NCBI GenBank assembly: GCA_045126415.1
Contig: JBGVOJ010000174.1
Span: 1 to 34,636 of the forward strand
Direction: 5' to 3'
From: Eubacteriales bacterium
Lineage (GTDB): Bacteria; Bacillota; Clostridia; Oscillospirales; CAG-272
Length of the DNA: 34,636 nt
Position 1 is the first letter of the stretch. Each line of letters starts with the position of its first letter. A model generated the notes under the pieces. The model did no database searches and was not told the DNA's origin. It saw only the letters and a program-made list of their open reading frames with translations. A program made the translations under genes and the position numbers. Shown one piece after another: positions 16,500-24,571 of the stretch.

Positions 16500-17081
16500 T
16501 CATTTTGTCGCCGTAATATAAGGCCAGTACGCCTTCATATAGTCCACGCCGGACCAGATGGTCATGACGGTCATTGCGGCGATGGTGATGTAGGAAAGGA
16601 GATGCCATTCGGTGAACGGCGCGAAGGGAAGGATCACGGGTTCGAGGAGGATTGCGACGATGCAGACCATCTGCAGGGTCGTCTTCACCTTGCCGAGCCA
16701 TGCCGCCGCAACGACGATGCCGGACTTGCCCGCAACGACGAGACGGAGGGACGTAACCGCGAATTCACGGAAAATCACGATCGCTGCCGCCCACACGAAG
16801 ACGGGACGGAGGTAGTCAAACCGTACAAGAATGCCGAGCATGGCCGCCATCACGAGAAATTTGTCCGCGAGGGGGTCCATGAATTTGCCGAAATCGGTGA
16901 TGAGGTTGTATTTTCTTGCGATTTTTCCGTCGATCATGTCGGTCAGCGAGGTGATCGCGAAAACAACGGCAGTCGCGATGCGCATCGCGGTGTCGGACAT
17001 CGGCAGGTTCACGCACAGCAGAACGAGGAACACCGGCACCATGCAGATGCGGAACATGGTCAGTTTGTTGGGTAAATTCAT
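16500..17081 (-). CDS. pgsA: CDP-diacylglycerol--glycerol-3-phosphate 3-phosphatidyltransferase
   Basis: CDP-alcohol phosphatidyltransferase motif DMIDGKIARKYNLITDFGKFMDPLADK. Polytopic membrane protein. RBS GGGAGG. Confidence 0.9.
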   Translation of the reverse strand: MNLPNKLTMFRICMVPVFLVLLCVNLPMSDTAMRIATAVVFAITSLTDMIDGKIARKYNLITDFGKFMDPLADKFLVMAAMLGILVRFDYLRPVFVWAAAIVIFREFAVTSLRLVVAGKSGIVVAAAWLGKVKTTLQMVCIVAILLEPVILPFAPFTEWHLLSYITIAAMTVMTIWSGVDYMKAYWPYITATK

Positions 17082-17098
17082 TGCAGTTCCTCCCGTTC

Positions 17099-18481
17099 TC
17101 AGAAGTTCAGGAAGTTCAGCTGAGCTTCCCCGACGAGGTCGTAGTCCATCGCGTCGGTGATCTTGACGTCGATCATTTCGCCTTCGGCAATGCGGAGCTG
17201 CGGATTGTTCGTCGTGAACCAGATCTTGCCGTCGATGTCCGCCGCTTCGGCAAAGCTGCGTCCGTAGTGGGATTCCGCCACGGGGTCAAAGCCTTCGCAC
17301 ATGACGCGGATCGTCTTGCCCACGCGGGTTTCGTTGAAACTTTCGCTGACGGGAAGCTGGGTCTGCATCAGAATGTCGTAGCGGTCCTGCTTGACCTGTT
17401 CGTCGATCTGATTTTCAAAGTCGTACGCGGGAGTGTCTTCTTCACGGGAGTACGGGAACGCGCCGAAGCGTTCGAACTTCGCTTCCCTGATGAATTCGCA
17501 GAGTTCGCGGAAATCTTCTTCCGTTTCGCCCGGGAAGCCCACGATAGCAGTGGAACGGAGAACGATGCCCGGAACTTCGCGGCGGAGCTTTGCCACGGTT
17601 TCGCGGATCATTGCGGAGTCGCCGTGACGGTTCATCGCGGTCAGCATATTGTCGGAAATGTGCTGGATCGGGATGTCGATATACTTCACAACGCGCGGAT
17701 TGTCGCGGATTTCGGCGATCAGCTCGTCGGTGATCTTGTCCGGATAGCAGTACAGCAGACGGATCCACGGAATCTTGGTCGCGTCGCAGATGCCGCGGAT
17801 GAGTTCCGGCAGGCAGTAGCTGCCGTAGAGATCGATGCCGTACGCGGAGGTGTCCTGCGCGATGATGTTCAGTTCCTTGATGCCCATTGCGTCGAGCGCG
17901 GTTGCCTCTTCCACGATGTCACGCATCGTACGGCTGCGCATTTTGCCGCGGATCGACGGGATTGCACAGTAGGTGCAGCGGTTGGAGCAGCCTTCCGCGA
18001 TCTTGAGGTACGCCATGTGGTCGCCGGTGGTTACGACGCGTTCGCCGCCGAGAGCAACTTCTTCCTTGTCGTCGAAGCAGGTGTAGCGTTTCTTGCCCTT
18101 GCCTTTCTTGCCGACGTTTGCCATGACGGATTCGACTGCTTCCACAATTTTGTGGATGCCGCCCACGCCGAGAACCGCGTCCACTTCGGGCAGTTCCTTG
18201 ATAATTTCCTCGCGGTAGCGTTCGGCGAGACAGCCGGTGACGACGATCCCCTTCAGGGTGTGGTGCTTCTTGAGCCATGCGACGTCGATGATGTTGTCAA
18301 TGGACTCCTTCTTCGCGCTTTCAATGAACGCGCAGGTGTTGATGATCACAACATCGGCTTCGCTTTCCTCGGGGGTCAGTTCGTAGCCGGCGGTCACGAG
18401 ATGATGGAGCATGACTTCGGTGTCGCAGAGGTTTTTGGAACATCCCAGAGAGATGAACCCGACTTTTACGGTTTTTGCCAT
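17099..18481 (-). CDS. rimO: Ribosomal protein S12 methylthiotransferase
   Basis: N-terminal VGFISLGCSKNLCDTE, radical-SAM CSNRCTYCAIP, C-terminal TRAM-like domain. rimO-pgsA adjacency is typical of Firmicutes. Confidence 0.9.
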   Translation of the reverse strand: MAKTVKVGFISLGCSKNLCDTEVMLHHLVTAGYELTPEESEADVVIINTCAFIESAKKESIDNIIDVAWLKKHHTLKGIVVTGCLAERYREEIIKELPEVDAVLGVGGIHKIVEAVESVMANVGKKGKGKKRYTCFDDKEEVALGGERVVTTGDHMAYLKIAEGCSNRCTYCAIPSIRGKMRSRTMRDIVEEATALDAMGIKELNIIAQDTSAYGIDLYGSYCLPELIRGICDATKIPWIRLLYCYPDKITDELIAEIRDNPRVVKYIDIPIQHISDNMLTAMNRHGDSAMIRETVAKLRREVPGIVLRSTAIVGFPGETEEDFRELCEFIREAKFERFGAFPYSREEDTPAYDFENQIDEQVKQDRYDILMQTQLPVSESFNETRVGKTIRVMCEGFDPVAESHYGRSFAEAADIDGKIWFTTNNPQLRIAEGEMIDVKITDAMDYDLVGEAQLNFLNF

Positions 18482-18570
18482 GATATATAGAACCTTTCAG
18501 TTTTCTGATCGTGATAGAACCATTATAACATAAAAATAAGAAGATATAAATAAGGAATTACGAAAAAATT

Positions 18571-18607
18571 TAAAAGAAAAATCGTTCCCCGTACAAAGGA
18601 ACGATTT
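18571..18607 (-). terminator. Intrinsic terminator after recX
   Basis: On the minus strand: AAATCGTTCC-TTTGTACGG-GGAACGATTT followed by TTCTTTT, immediately after the recX stop (18609-18611). Confidence 0.6.
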
Positions 18608-18608
18608 T

Positions 18609-19286
18609 TCACCGTTTTTTCCGCCGGTTCCGGATCTCGTCGAAAATCATGCCGGACGAAAAACCGAGCCGCATCAGCGATGCTGCCGTTTTTTTTACTT
18701 CCGCTGTGTCCATTTCTTCGATCTCCGGAAATTTCCGGTCGATGCAGTACGCCAGCGCGTCTGCAAAATCCTCCTCCGGGATCGCGCCGACCGCCGCGTC
18801 CGCCGCTTTTCCGCTGTATCCGTGCGCCATCAGATCGGTTCTGATCCGGCGGGGACCGTGATGCTTTGTCCGGACGGCCGCTTCCGCGATCCGCAGGCAC
18901 TGCGCCGTTTCGTCGAGGTACCCGCGTTTTTTCAGGAGCCGCACCGCGCTGTCGATCGCTTCTTCGGAAAACTTCCGCTTCCGCTTCAGCTTCATCCGCA
19001 GGTCACGTTCGCTTTTGTCGCCGGATGACAGAATCCGCGCGGCTTCCAGCACCGCTTCGGTCATCTCCGCCAGACGGTGCAGTTCGTCGTACTCCGCTTC
19101 GCCGATGGCATGACCCTGTGCCGCCGCGCACGTTTCGTCGGAAAGAGCTGCGGGCAGATACTGTTCGCAGAACTTTTTCCAGTTCCGCAGGGACATCCGC
19201 AGTCCTTCCGAATTCACGGACACCGCGTCCGGTGCGAGAACGACATAGACCATGCCGTCCTTGATAAATACAGTCTGAATAATCAT
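18609..19286 (-). CDS. recX: RecX-like regulatory protein with an N-terminal extension
   Basis: The C-terminal ~140 aa show RecX-type helical repeats (SERDLRMKLKRKRKFSEEAIDSAVRLLKKRGYLDETAQ; GPRRIRTDLMAHGYS). The start overlaps the recF stop (ATGA, 19283-19286). Confidence 0.6.
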   Translation of the reverse strand: MIIQTVFIKDGMVYVVLAPDAVSVNSEGLRMSLRNWKKFCEQYLPAALSDETCAAAQGHAIGEAEYDELHRLAEMTEAVLEAARILSSGDKSERDLRMKLKRKRKFSEEAIDSAVRLLKKRGYLDETAQCLRIAEAAVRTKHHGPRRIRTDLMAHGYSGKAADAAVGAIPEEDFADALAYCIDRKFPEIEEMDTAEVKKTAASLMRLGFSSGMIFDEIRNRRKKR

Positions 19287-20428
19287 TCTTCCAGAATTTC
19301 TCCGTCCTTCACGTGCCGGAACGTGATATCTCCCGACTTGTTCGACGGGATGATGTCCGGTTCGCAGGACGTGACGATGATCTGTCGTCCGTCAAGCGAA
19401 CCTAAAATATAGTTCCGGCGGGACTCGTCCAGCTCGGAGAACACGTCGTCGAGCAGGATCGCGGGATATTCTCCGCCGATTTTTTTCGAAATTTCCGCTT
19501 CCGCGAGTTTGATCGACAGAACGATACTCCGCTGCTGTCCCTGGGAGGCGTACAGTTTTGCCTCTTTTCCGTTGAGAGCGAGGCGGATGTCGTCCTTGTG
19601 GGTACCCCAGAGGGTCGACCCGACGATGATCTCGCGGTCGATATTGGTTGTCAGCTTTTCGTACAGTGCGTCCTGCGACTGCGAGGGTTCCTCCGCCATG
19701 TTCGAAAGCGGCGTGGGCATCCCGTCGGTGAGACCGTGCGAGGTATACGTCAACTCGGGTGTTTCGCGTCCGCCGGTCATGCCGTCGAAGTAGCGCGCGA
19801 CTGCTTCACTGAGGTAAGTGACATATTCGGCGCGATAGGCGGCGATCCACGAGCCGTAGAGTGCCAGCTGACGGGCATAGACGTCCCATTCGGTATCGGT
19901 CACACGGGTGCCGGACGCGGCATTTTTGAGGAGCATATTCCGTTCCGAGAGAACTTTGGTATACCGCCGGAGGTAGGTGAGGTAGGTCTGCGAGAGCTGG
20001 GAAATGGCAATATCGAGGAAGGTTCTCCGTTCGAGCGGACCGCCCGTGACCATCGTGAGATGTGCGGGGCAGAAGAGGACGGCGCGGAAGCTGCCCATCA
20101 TTTCGGAAGTGGAGGACAGGGGCGCGCCGCCCCTGGAGAGGTGTTTCTTCCCGGTTTTGGGGATGACGGCTTCGAGGGTGGTATCGTTTTCGTAACCGTC
20201 ACGCCGGAACGAGAGCTTTGCGCGGGTGAAATCGCAGCCGAAGCGGATGAGTTCGCGGTCCTTGGCGCCGCGGAAAGAACGTCCGCGGGCGAAGTAGTAG
20301 ATTCCCTCGAGGATATTCGATTTTCCCTGAGCGTTCATACCCCAGAGGACGTTGATGCCCTCGCCGAGGGACACGGCGCACTCGCTCATATTGCGCCAGT
20401 CGGTGTATTCGACGTGCGAGACGGTCAT
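19283..20428 (-). CDS. recF: DNA replication and repair protein RecF
   Basis: The start is trimmed to ATG 20428 (MTVSHVEYTDWRN...), because the longer track ORF reads through the module C terminator. Walker A GMNAQGKSN, signature SQGQQRSIVLSIKLAE, Walker B ILLDDVFSELD. Confidence 0.8.
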   Translation of the reverse strand: MTVSHVEYTDWRNMSECAVSLGEGINVLWGMNAQGKSNILEGIYYFARGRSFRGAKDRELIRFGCDFTRAKLSFRRDGYENDTTLEAVIPKTGKKHLSRGGAPLSSTSEMMGSFRAVLFCPAHLTMVTGGPLERRTFLDIAISQLSQTYLTYLRRYTKVLSERNMLLKNAASGTRVTDTEWDVYARQLALYGSWIAAYRAEYVTYLSEAVARYFDGMTGGRETPELTYTSHGLTDGMPTPLSNMAEEPSQSQDALYEKLTTNIDREIIVGSTLWGTHKDDIRLALNGKEAKLYASQGQQRSIVLSIKLAEAEISKKIGGEYPAILLDDVFSELDESRRNYILGSLDGRQIIVTSCEPDIIPSNKSGDITFRHVKDGEILEE

Positions 20429-20491
20429 GGTGATGTCACTTTCGGAAAGTTTACAAAGTTTTTGTGGTCCAAACTTTACGTTTGGATTATA

Positions 20492-20715
20492 AGGAAGAAA
20501 AATGACCTGAAAGGTCATTTTTCAATTTTATGCCCCTGCGCGGGGCGGCGCATAAGAGGTCCTCGCGCGGGACCTCTTATGAATCACCCGCGCCAGAGGC
20601 GTTCCACCTCTGGACACCCCCTCAACGGGCAGTTGAGTGGTGGAGAATACGACGGCAACATGACTGCCGTCCGTATGGGAAGTTAAAGTAGGCTAACCGC
20701 GGGGGCTGAGGATGA
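20492..20715 (-). ncRNA. Candidate structured RNA / repeat module, copy C (long form)
   Basis: Minus strand: ACGGACGGCA-hairpin, CTCAAC-TGCCCG-GTTGAG, then GGTGTCCAGAGG-loop-CCTCTGG and GATTC. Next come a 12-bp hairpin CATAAGAGGTCC/GGACCTCTTATG, GCGCCG and CCCC-GCGCA-GGGG. It ends with CATAAAATTGAAAAA, ATGACC-TTTCA-GGTCAT and TTTTTCTTCCTT. The 5' boundary is uncertain. Confidence 0.4.
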
Positions 20716-20756
20716 AGTCTGTCTGCTCAAATCTGCAGATACGTTGTTTTTTCTTC

Positions 20757-20826
20757 TTGTTTAAAAGTTTTTGAAGAGGGGGTTGGGGACGAACTTTTTT
20801 TAAAAAGTTCCTCCCCAATAATTCCC
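20757..20826 (+). repeat. Palindromic intergenic repeat, copy R5
   Basis: Stem TTGGGGACGAACTTTTT (20783-20799) / AAAAAGTTCCTCCCCAA (20802-20818) with one C:C mismatch. Head AAAAGTTTTTGAAGAGGGGG. Tail TAATTCC. The stem ends 11 nt from the recA stop. Confidence 0.85.
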
Positions 20827-20829
20827 CTT

Positions 20830-21963
20830 TTACTCCTCGTCCTCGCCGAGGTCGAGGAGGCGGATGTCGAGTTCGTCGTCGCCGCCGAGATTGTCGTCAT
20901 CGTCGAGGTCGTCCTGTTCCATGTCGGGGGCACGGCCGTTTTCCTTGATTTTTGCTTCGAGTTCCGCTTCGAGTGCGGGATCGTTGCCGATGTATTTCTT
21001 CGCGTTGTCGCGGCCCTGCGCGATGCGGGTGCCTTCGTAGGAGTACCACGAGCCGCTCTTTTCGAGGAAGCCGAGTTCCGTTGCGATGTCGACGATTTCG
21101 CCCGTTTTGGAGATGCCTTCGCCGTAGAGGATGTCGAATTCCGCGCTCTTGAACGGCGGTGCGACCTTATTCTTGACGACTTTGCACTTTGCGTGGTTGC
21201 CGAGGACTTCCGCGCCGTTCTTGATCGCTTCGCCCTTGCGGATTTCGATACGCACGGACGCATAGAACTTCAGCGCGCGGCCGCCGGGGGTGGTTTCCGG
21301 GTTGCCGTAGATCACGCCGACCTTTTCGCGGAGCTGGTTGATGAAGATGACAATGCAGTTCGTCTTGCCGATGATGCCGGAGAGCTTACGGAGAGCCTGC
21401 GACATCAGGCGTGCCTGCAGACCGACGTGGGACGAGCCCATGTCGCCGTCGATTTCCTGCTGCGGTACGAGGGCGGCAACGGAGTCGATGACCACGATGT
21501 CGATCGCGCCGGAACGGACGAGTGCTTCGCAGATTTCAAGACCCTGTTCCCCGGAGTCCGGCTGGGAAACGAGAAGATTGTCGATATTGACGCCGAGCGC
21601 GGCCGCATAAACGGGGTCGAGCGCGTGTTCCGCGTCGATGAATGCCGCTTCGCCGCCGGTCTTCTGGACTTCCGCGATGGCGTGGAGCGCGAGCGTCGTC
21701 TTACCGGAGGATTCGGGCCCGTACACTTCGATGATTCGGCCGCGCGGGAGACCGCCGATGCCGAGCGCCATGTCGAGGGTGATCGAGCCGGTCGAGACGG
21801 CGGAGACGTTCATGCGCGGGTTATCGCCCATCTTGATGATGGTGCCTTTGCCGAAGCTCTTTTCGATCTGGCTGATCGCGGTATCGAGAGCTTTCTTCTT
21901 TTCTTCGGGGGTACGGTCGACGGAGAGGTCTACAGTCTGCTTTTTATTGCTTGCTTTTGCCAT
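20830..21963 (-). CDS. recA: Recombinase RecA
   Basis: [19 protein letters not shown] (Walker A), [20 protein letters not shown] and an acidic C-terminal tail. 377 aa. Confidence 0.97.
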   Translation of the reverse strand: MAKASNKKQTVDLSVDRTPEEKKKALDTAISQIEKSFGKGTIIKMGDNPRMNVSAVSTGSITLDMALGIGGLPRGRIIEVYGPESSGKTTLALHAIAEVQKTGGEAAFIDAEHALDPVYAAALGVNIDNLLVSQPDSGEQGLEICEALVRSGAIDIVVIDSVAALVPQQEIDGDMGSSHVGLQARLMSQALRKLSGIIGKTNCIVIFINQLREKVGVIYGNPETTPGGRALKFYASVRIEIRKGEAIKNGAEVLGNHAKCKVVKNKVAPPFKSAEFDILYGEGISKTGEIVDIATELGFLEKSGSWYSYEGTRIAQGRDNAKKYIGNDPALEAELEAKIKENGRAPDMEQDDLDDDDNLGGDDELDIRLLDLGEDEE

Positions 21964-22014
21964 TCTTTTTAATATTCCTTTCAGCTGTCAATAAGATGGA
22001 TCGTTCGGATAACA

Positions 22015-22028
22015 CGAACGGTGTTTCG
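22015..22028. promoter_or_regulatory. Probable LexA (Cheo/DinR-type) SOS box upstream of recA
   Basis: CGAACGGTGTTTCG matches the Firmicute consensus CGAAC-N4-GTTCG with one mismatch. It lies 52-65 nt upstream of the recA ATG, next to an AT-rich TATAAT-containing stretch (22036-22050). Confidence 0.55.
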
Positions 22029-22102
22029 TTATCTATATTATAATATAAATCGCGCGGAATATCAATAGGATCGCAGAAAATTCACAAAGTGTTCTTTTGA
22101 AT

Positions 22103-23086
22103 TTATCCAAAAATTTCCTTTACAACATCCTCTGCCGCGATTCCGTACAGGCTTTCGCAGATGTCCCGCAGAACCGTAGTCATCGCGTCTTTCGTATACT
22201 CCGTACCGGCGAGCTTTGCGGCGAGAGCTTCCGCGGATTCTCCCGCAAAAAAGTCTCCGCGGATGCCCGCGGACTGGATCACGCCGTTTTTGACGGTCAG
22301 ACCGAGCTCAAGCGTGCCGCCCGCAAGGTGGAGTTCGTGTTCAATCTCAAACTTCGGATTCGCGCCGAAGTTCCATTTCGTGTCGGCGAACTTTGTTTCC
22401 GCAAGTTCGCGGATGCGTGCGCGGTTTTCCTCGGTGAGGGTGTACATCCGGTCGGTCATGCGTGCGGCGAGCGTATCGCGGAACTGCACGTCCGTCATGT
22501 CTTCGGGCAGATGCGGACGGATGTTCGTCACCCGTTCGCGGACGGATTTGATGGATTTCGAGGTGATTTTGTACTCCTTCGGGGTGGTTGCGCGGACCAT
22601 TTCGTCGATGTCCGTGTCGAACAGAAGGGTACCGTGGTGGACGGTCACGCCGTTTTTCTTGTACTGCGTGTTGCCGCTGATTTTGTATCCGCGTTCGCTT
22701 CCCGCAGGATACAGCGCGATGTCGTTCCGTCCGGTGGCACGGACGTCCAGCCCCATCGAACGGAGTGCGTCCGTGATCGGTTGCATGAACCGTTCAAACT
22801 CGATGGATTCGCCGGCGTCGCGGGTGATGAACGTGAACTGCCAGCCGCCGAGGTCGTGATAGACGGTGCCGCCGCCGGACATTCTCCGTGCAATGTGGAT
22901 GCCGTGCGCGGAGGTGTAGTCGAGGTTGACTTCCTCGAGGGTATTCTGGTATTTCCCTACGATGACGGACGGTTCGTTGCGCCAGAGCATGAAGACGTCG
23001 CCGCCGAGGTCACACTCGGTCGCGAAATAATATTCGCAGGCGAGGTTTTCGTACGGAGTGATGTAATCGGGCAGGATGCAGATCAT
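22103..23086 (-). CDS. lplA: Lipoate--protein ligase (paralogue 1, full length with C-terminal domain)
   Basis: The start is trimmed to ATG 23086, which overlaps the stop of the lipoyl-domain gene (ATGA). Motifs RRMSGGGTVYHD, KISGNTQ (catalytic Lys) and HHGTLLFD. Confidence 0.85.
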   Translation of the reverse strand: MICILPDYITPYENLACEYYFATECDLGGDVFMLWRNEPSVIVGKYQNTLEEVNLDYTSAHGIHIARRMSGGGTVYHDLGGWQFTFITRDAGESIEFERFMQPITDALRSMGLDVRATGRNDIALYPAGSERGYKISGNTQYKKNGVTVHHGTLLFDTDIDEMVRATTPKEYKITSKSIKSVRERVTNIRPHLPEDMTDVQFRDTLAARMTDRMYTLTEENRARIRELAETKFADTKWNFGANPKFEIEHELHLAGGTLELGLTVKNGVIQSAGIRGDFFAGESAEALAAKLAGTEYTKDAMTTVLRDICESLYGIAAEDVVKEIFG

Positions 23087-23325
23087 GCGTCCACCTCGGC
23101 AATGGCGAGAACGGCGCCGCAGGGGAGTTCGTCTCCTTCTTCGGCGTTCAGCGAGACGATGGTCATGTCCCGGTCCGCTTCGATTTCGGTGACAACTTTG
23201 TTGTATTCGATCTCGCACAGGATATCTCCTGCCGAGACGGTATCGCCTTCTTCAACATTCCACTGGCACAGGATGCCGGTTTCCATATCGTCGTTGAGTC
23301 TGGGCATGGTGATTTCGATTTTCAT
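23083..23325 (-). CDS. Free-standing E2-type lipoyl (biotin/lipoyl attachment) domain protein, 80 aa
   Basis: MKIEITMPRLNDDMETGILCQWNVEEGDTVSAGDILCEIEYNKVVTEIEA... aligns with the E2 lipoyl domain pattern, with EYNKV in place of ETDKA. GGAGGAA lies 5 nt before ATG 23325, so that start is preferred over ATG 23337. Confidence 0.75.
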   Translation of the reverse strand: MKIEITMPRLNDDMETGILCQWNVEEGDTVSAGDILCEIEYNKVVTEIEADRDMTIVSLNAEEGDELPCGAVLAIAEVDA

Positions 23326-23338
23326 GGGTTCCTCCATT

Positions 23339-24226
23339 TTATCGGAACAGCAGATTTGCGGTTTCTTCCGTCACAATTGCGCGTACATCCTCCGGATTCA
23401 TGCGGACACCGGTGAGGCTTTCCGCCAGTTTTTCGTTTCCGTGAACTGCCGTGATGACGCCGGATTTCACGTCCACGGAGAACGTGCCGCAGTCCTTGGT
23501 GAATGCGGGGGATTTCGCAAAATTCCACTCCCACGTGTTGTATTTGGTATCACGCAGACGTTCAATTTCCGCATTTTCTTCGTCTGTGAACGTGCGGATT
23601 TCCGCATTTTCGCCGCACAGCGCGGTTTTCAGGTAGTCCGCGAACGCGTCAATCGTCATGTCGTGTTTCAGATACGGACGGAGGTTGCAGACCGGCGACG
23701 GATTGCTCTGGATGGCTTTCGATTTCACGTCCGCGCTTGCGTGTCCGGTGATTTCGGACAGGACAGTCAGGTCGGCGTCAAAGAGAAGGGTGCCGTGGTG
23801 CATGACGCGGTTCTTCACGACGGACTGCGCGTTTCCGCTGACTTTGTACCCGTCCACGGTGATGTCGAACGCGTCGCCCATCTTCGCGGGAATGCCGAGG
23901 TCACGCAGAGCGGCAATGACGGGTGTCAGAAAGCGCTCGTATTCGGGAGAGTTCTCACCGCGGTCGGCGATCATCGTGAAGTTGAGGTTTCCTTCGTCGT
24001 GGTACACGGTTCCGCCGCCGCTGTTCCGCCGCACGAGCGCGATGCCGCGCCGCAGAGTTTCACCGACGGAGACTTCGCCGTAGGCGTTCTGGAATTTCCC
24101 GATCACGACGGTCGGCGCACTTTTCCACAGCATGAGAAACTCGCCGGAGGCTGCGTGGGTGAGAAGGAATTCCTCCACCGCGAGAGAATGTGCGGCGGAG
24201 GTGGTGGTTGAAGGGATGTAGATCAT
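23339..24226 (-). CDS. lplA: Lipoate--protein ligase (paralogue 2)
   Basis: Motifs RRNSGGGTVYHD, KVSGNAQ and HHGTLLFD. 295 aa. The start overlaps the stop of the upstream membrane-protein gene (ATGA). Confidence 0.85.
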   Translation of the reverse strand: MIYIPSTTTSAAHSLAVEEFLLTHAASGEFLMLWKSAPTVVIGKFQNAYGEVSVGETLRRGIALVRRNSGGGTVYHDEGNLNFTMIADRGENSPEYERFLTPVIAALRDLGIPAKMGDAFDITVDGYKVSGNAQSVVKNRVMHHGTLLFDADLTVLSEITGHASADVKSKAIQSNPSPVCNLRPYLKHDMTIDAFADYLKTALCGENAEIRTFTDEENAEIERLRDTKYNTWEWNFAKSPAFTKDCGTFSVDVKSGVITAVHGNEKLAESLTGVRMNPEDVRAIVTEETANLLFR

Positions 24227-24570
24227 GGTTTGTTAAGTTCGTTGTTATACGTATAATAACAGGCGGCGTAGATAATGTAGAAGAGCAGGAACGCACCGGG
24301 ATATATAAGGGATGAATAGGTTCCGGCGGTCAGTGTGATGATGAAAAGATAAGCGTACGGGATACTGCCGACGATCAGTCCGACGGGGATCAGCCCGTCA
24401 AAGCAGAGCAGCACACCGCTTAAAACGGAAAGTCCGAACCATATCCAGGCATTCAGCGGGATTCTTGCAATGCTCCACGCACCGTCCGGACTGTCAAAAT
24501 TTGCACCACCGATGAACAGTGCAAACAATCCCATCCCGACCGGCAGGAATCCGAGGATTTTCCGTATCAT
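24223..24570 (-). CDS. Small hypothetical membrane protein (about 4 TM helices)
   Basis: 115-aa hydrophobic ORF packed between tgt (stop at 24572) and lplA paralogue 2 (4-nt overlap). I recognise no family. Confidence 0.55.
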   Translation of the reverse strand: MIRKILGFLPVGMGLFALFIGGANFDSPDGAWSIARIPLNAWIWFGLSVLSGVLLCFDGLIPVGLIVGSIPYAYLFIITLTAGTYSSLIYPGAFLLFYIIYAACYYTYNNELNKP

Positions 24571-24571
24571 A

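Noticed and set aside
15158-16503. Looked for mobile-element hallmarks (integrase, transposase, tRNA attachment site, flanking direct repeats) around the R-M island and elsewhere in the window
   Set aside because: None were found. The island is bounded directly by the pgsA and ogg coding sequences, and I recognised no IS, prophage or tRNA gene anywhere in the 34.6 kb.
20727-21263. 178-aa minus-strand ORF overlapping the recA 3' half in another frame
   Set aside because: The product is low-complexity and rich in S/T/R/A. It is fully embedded in recA and extends through repeat R5.
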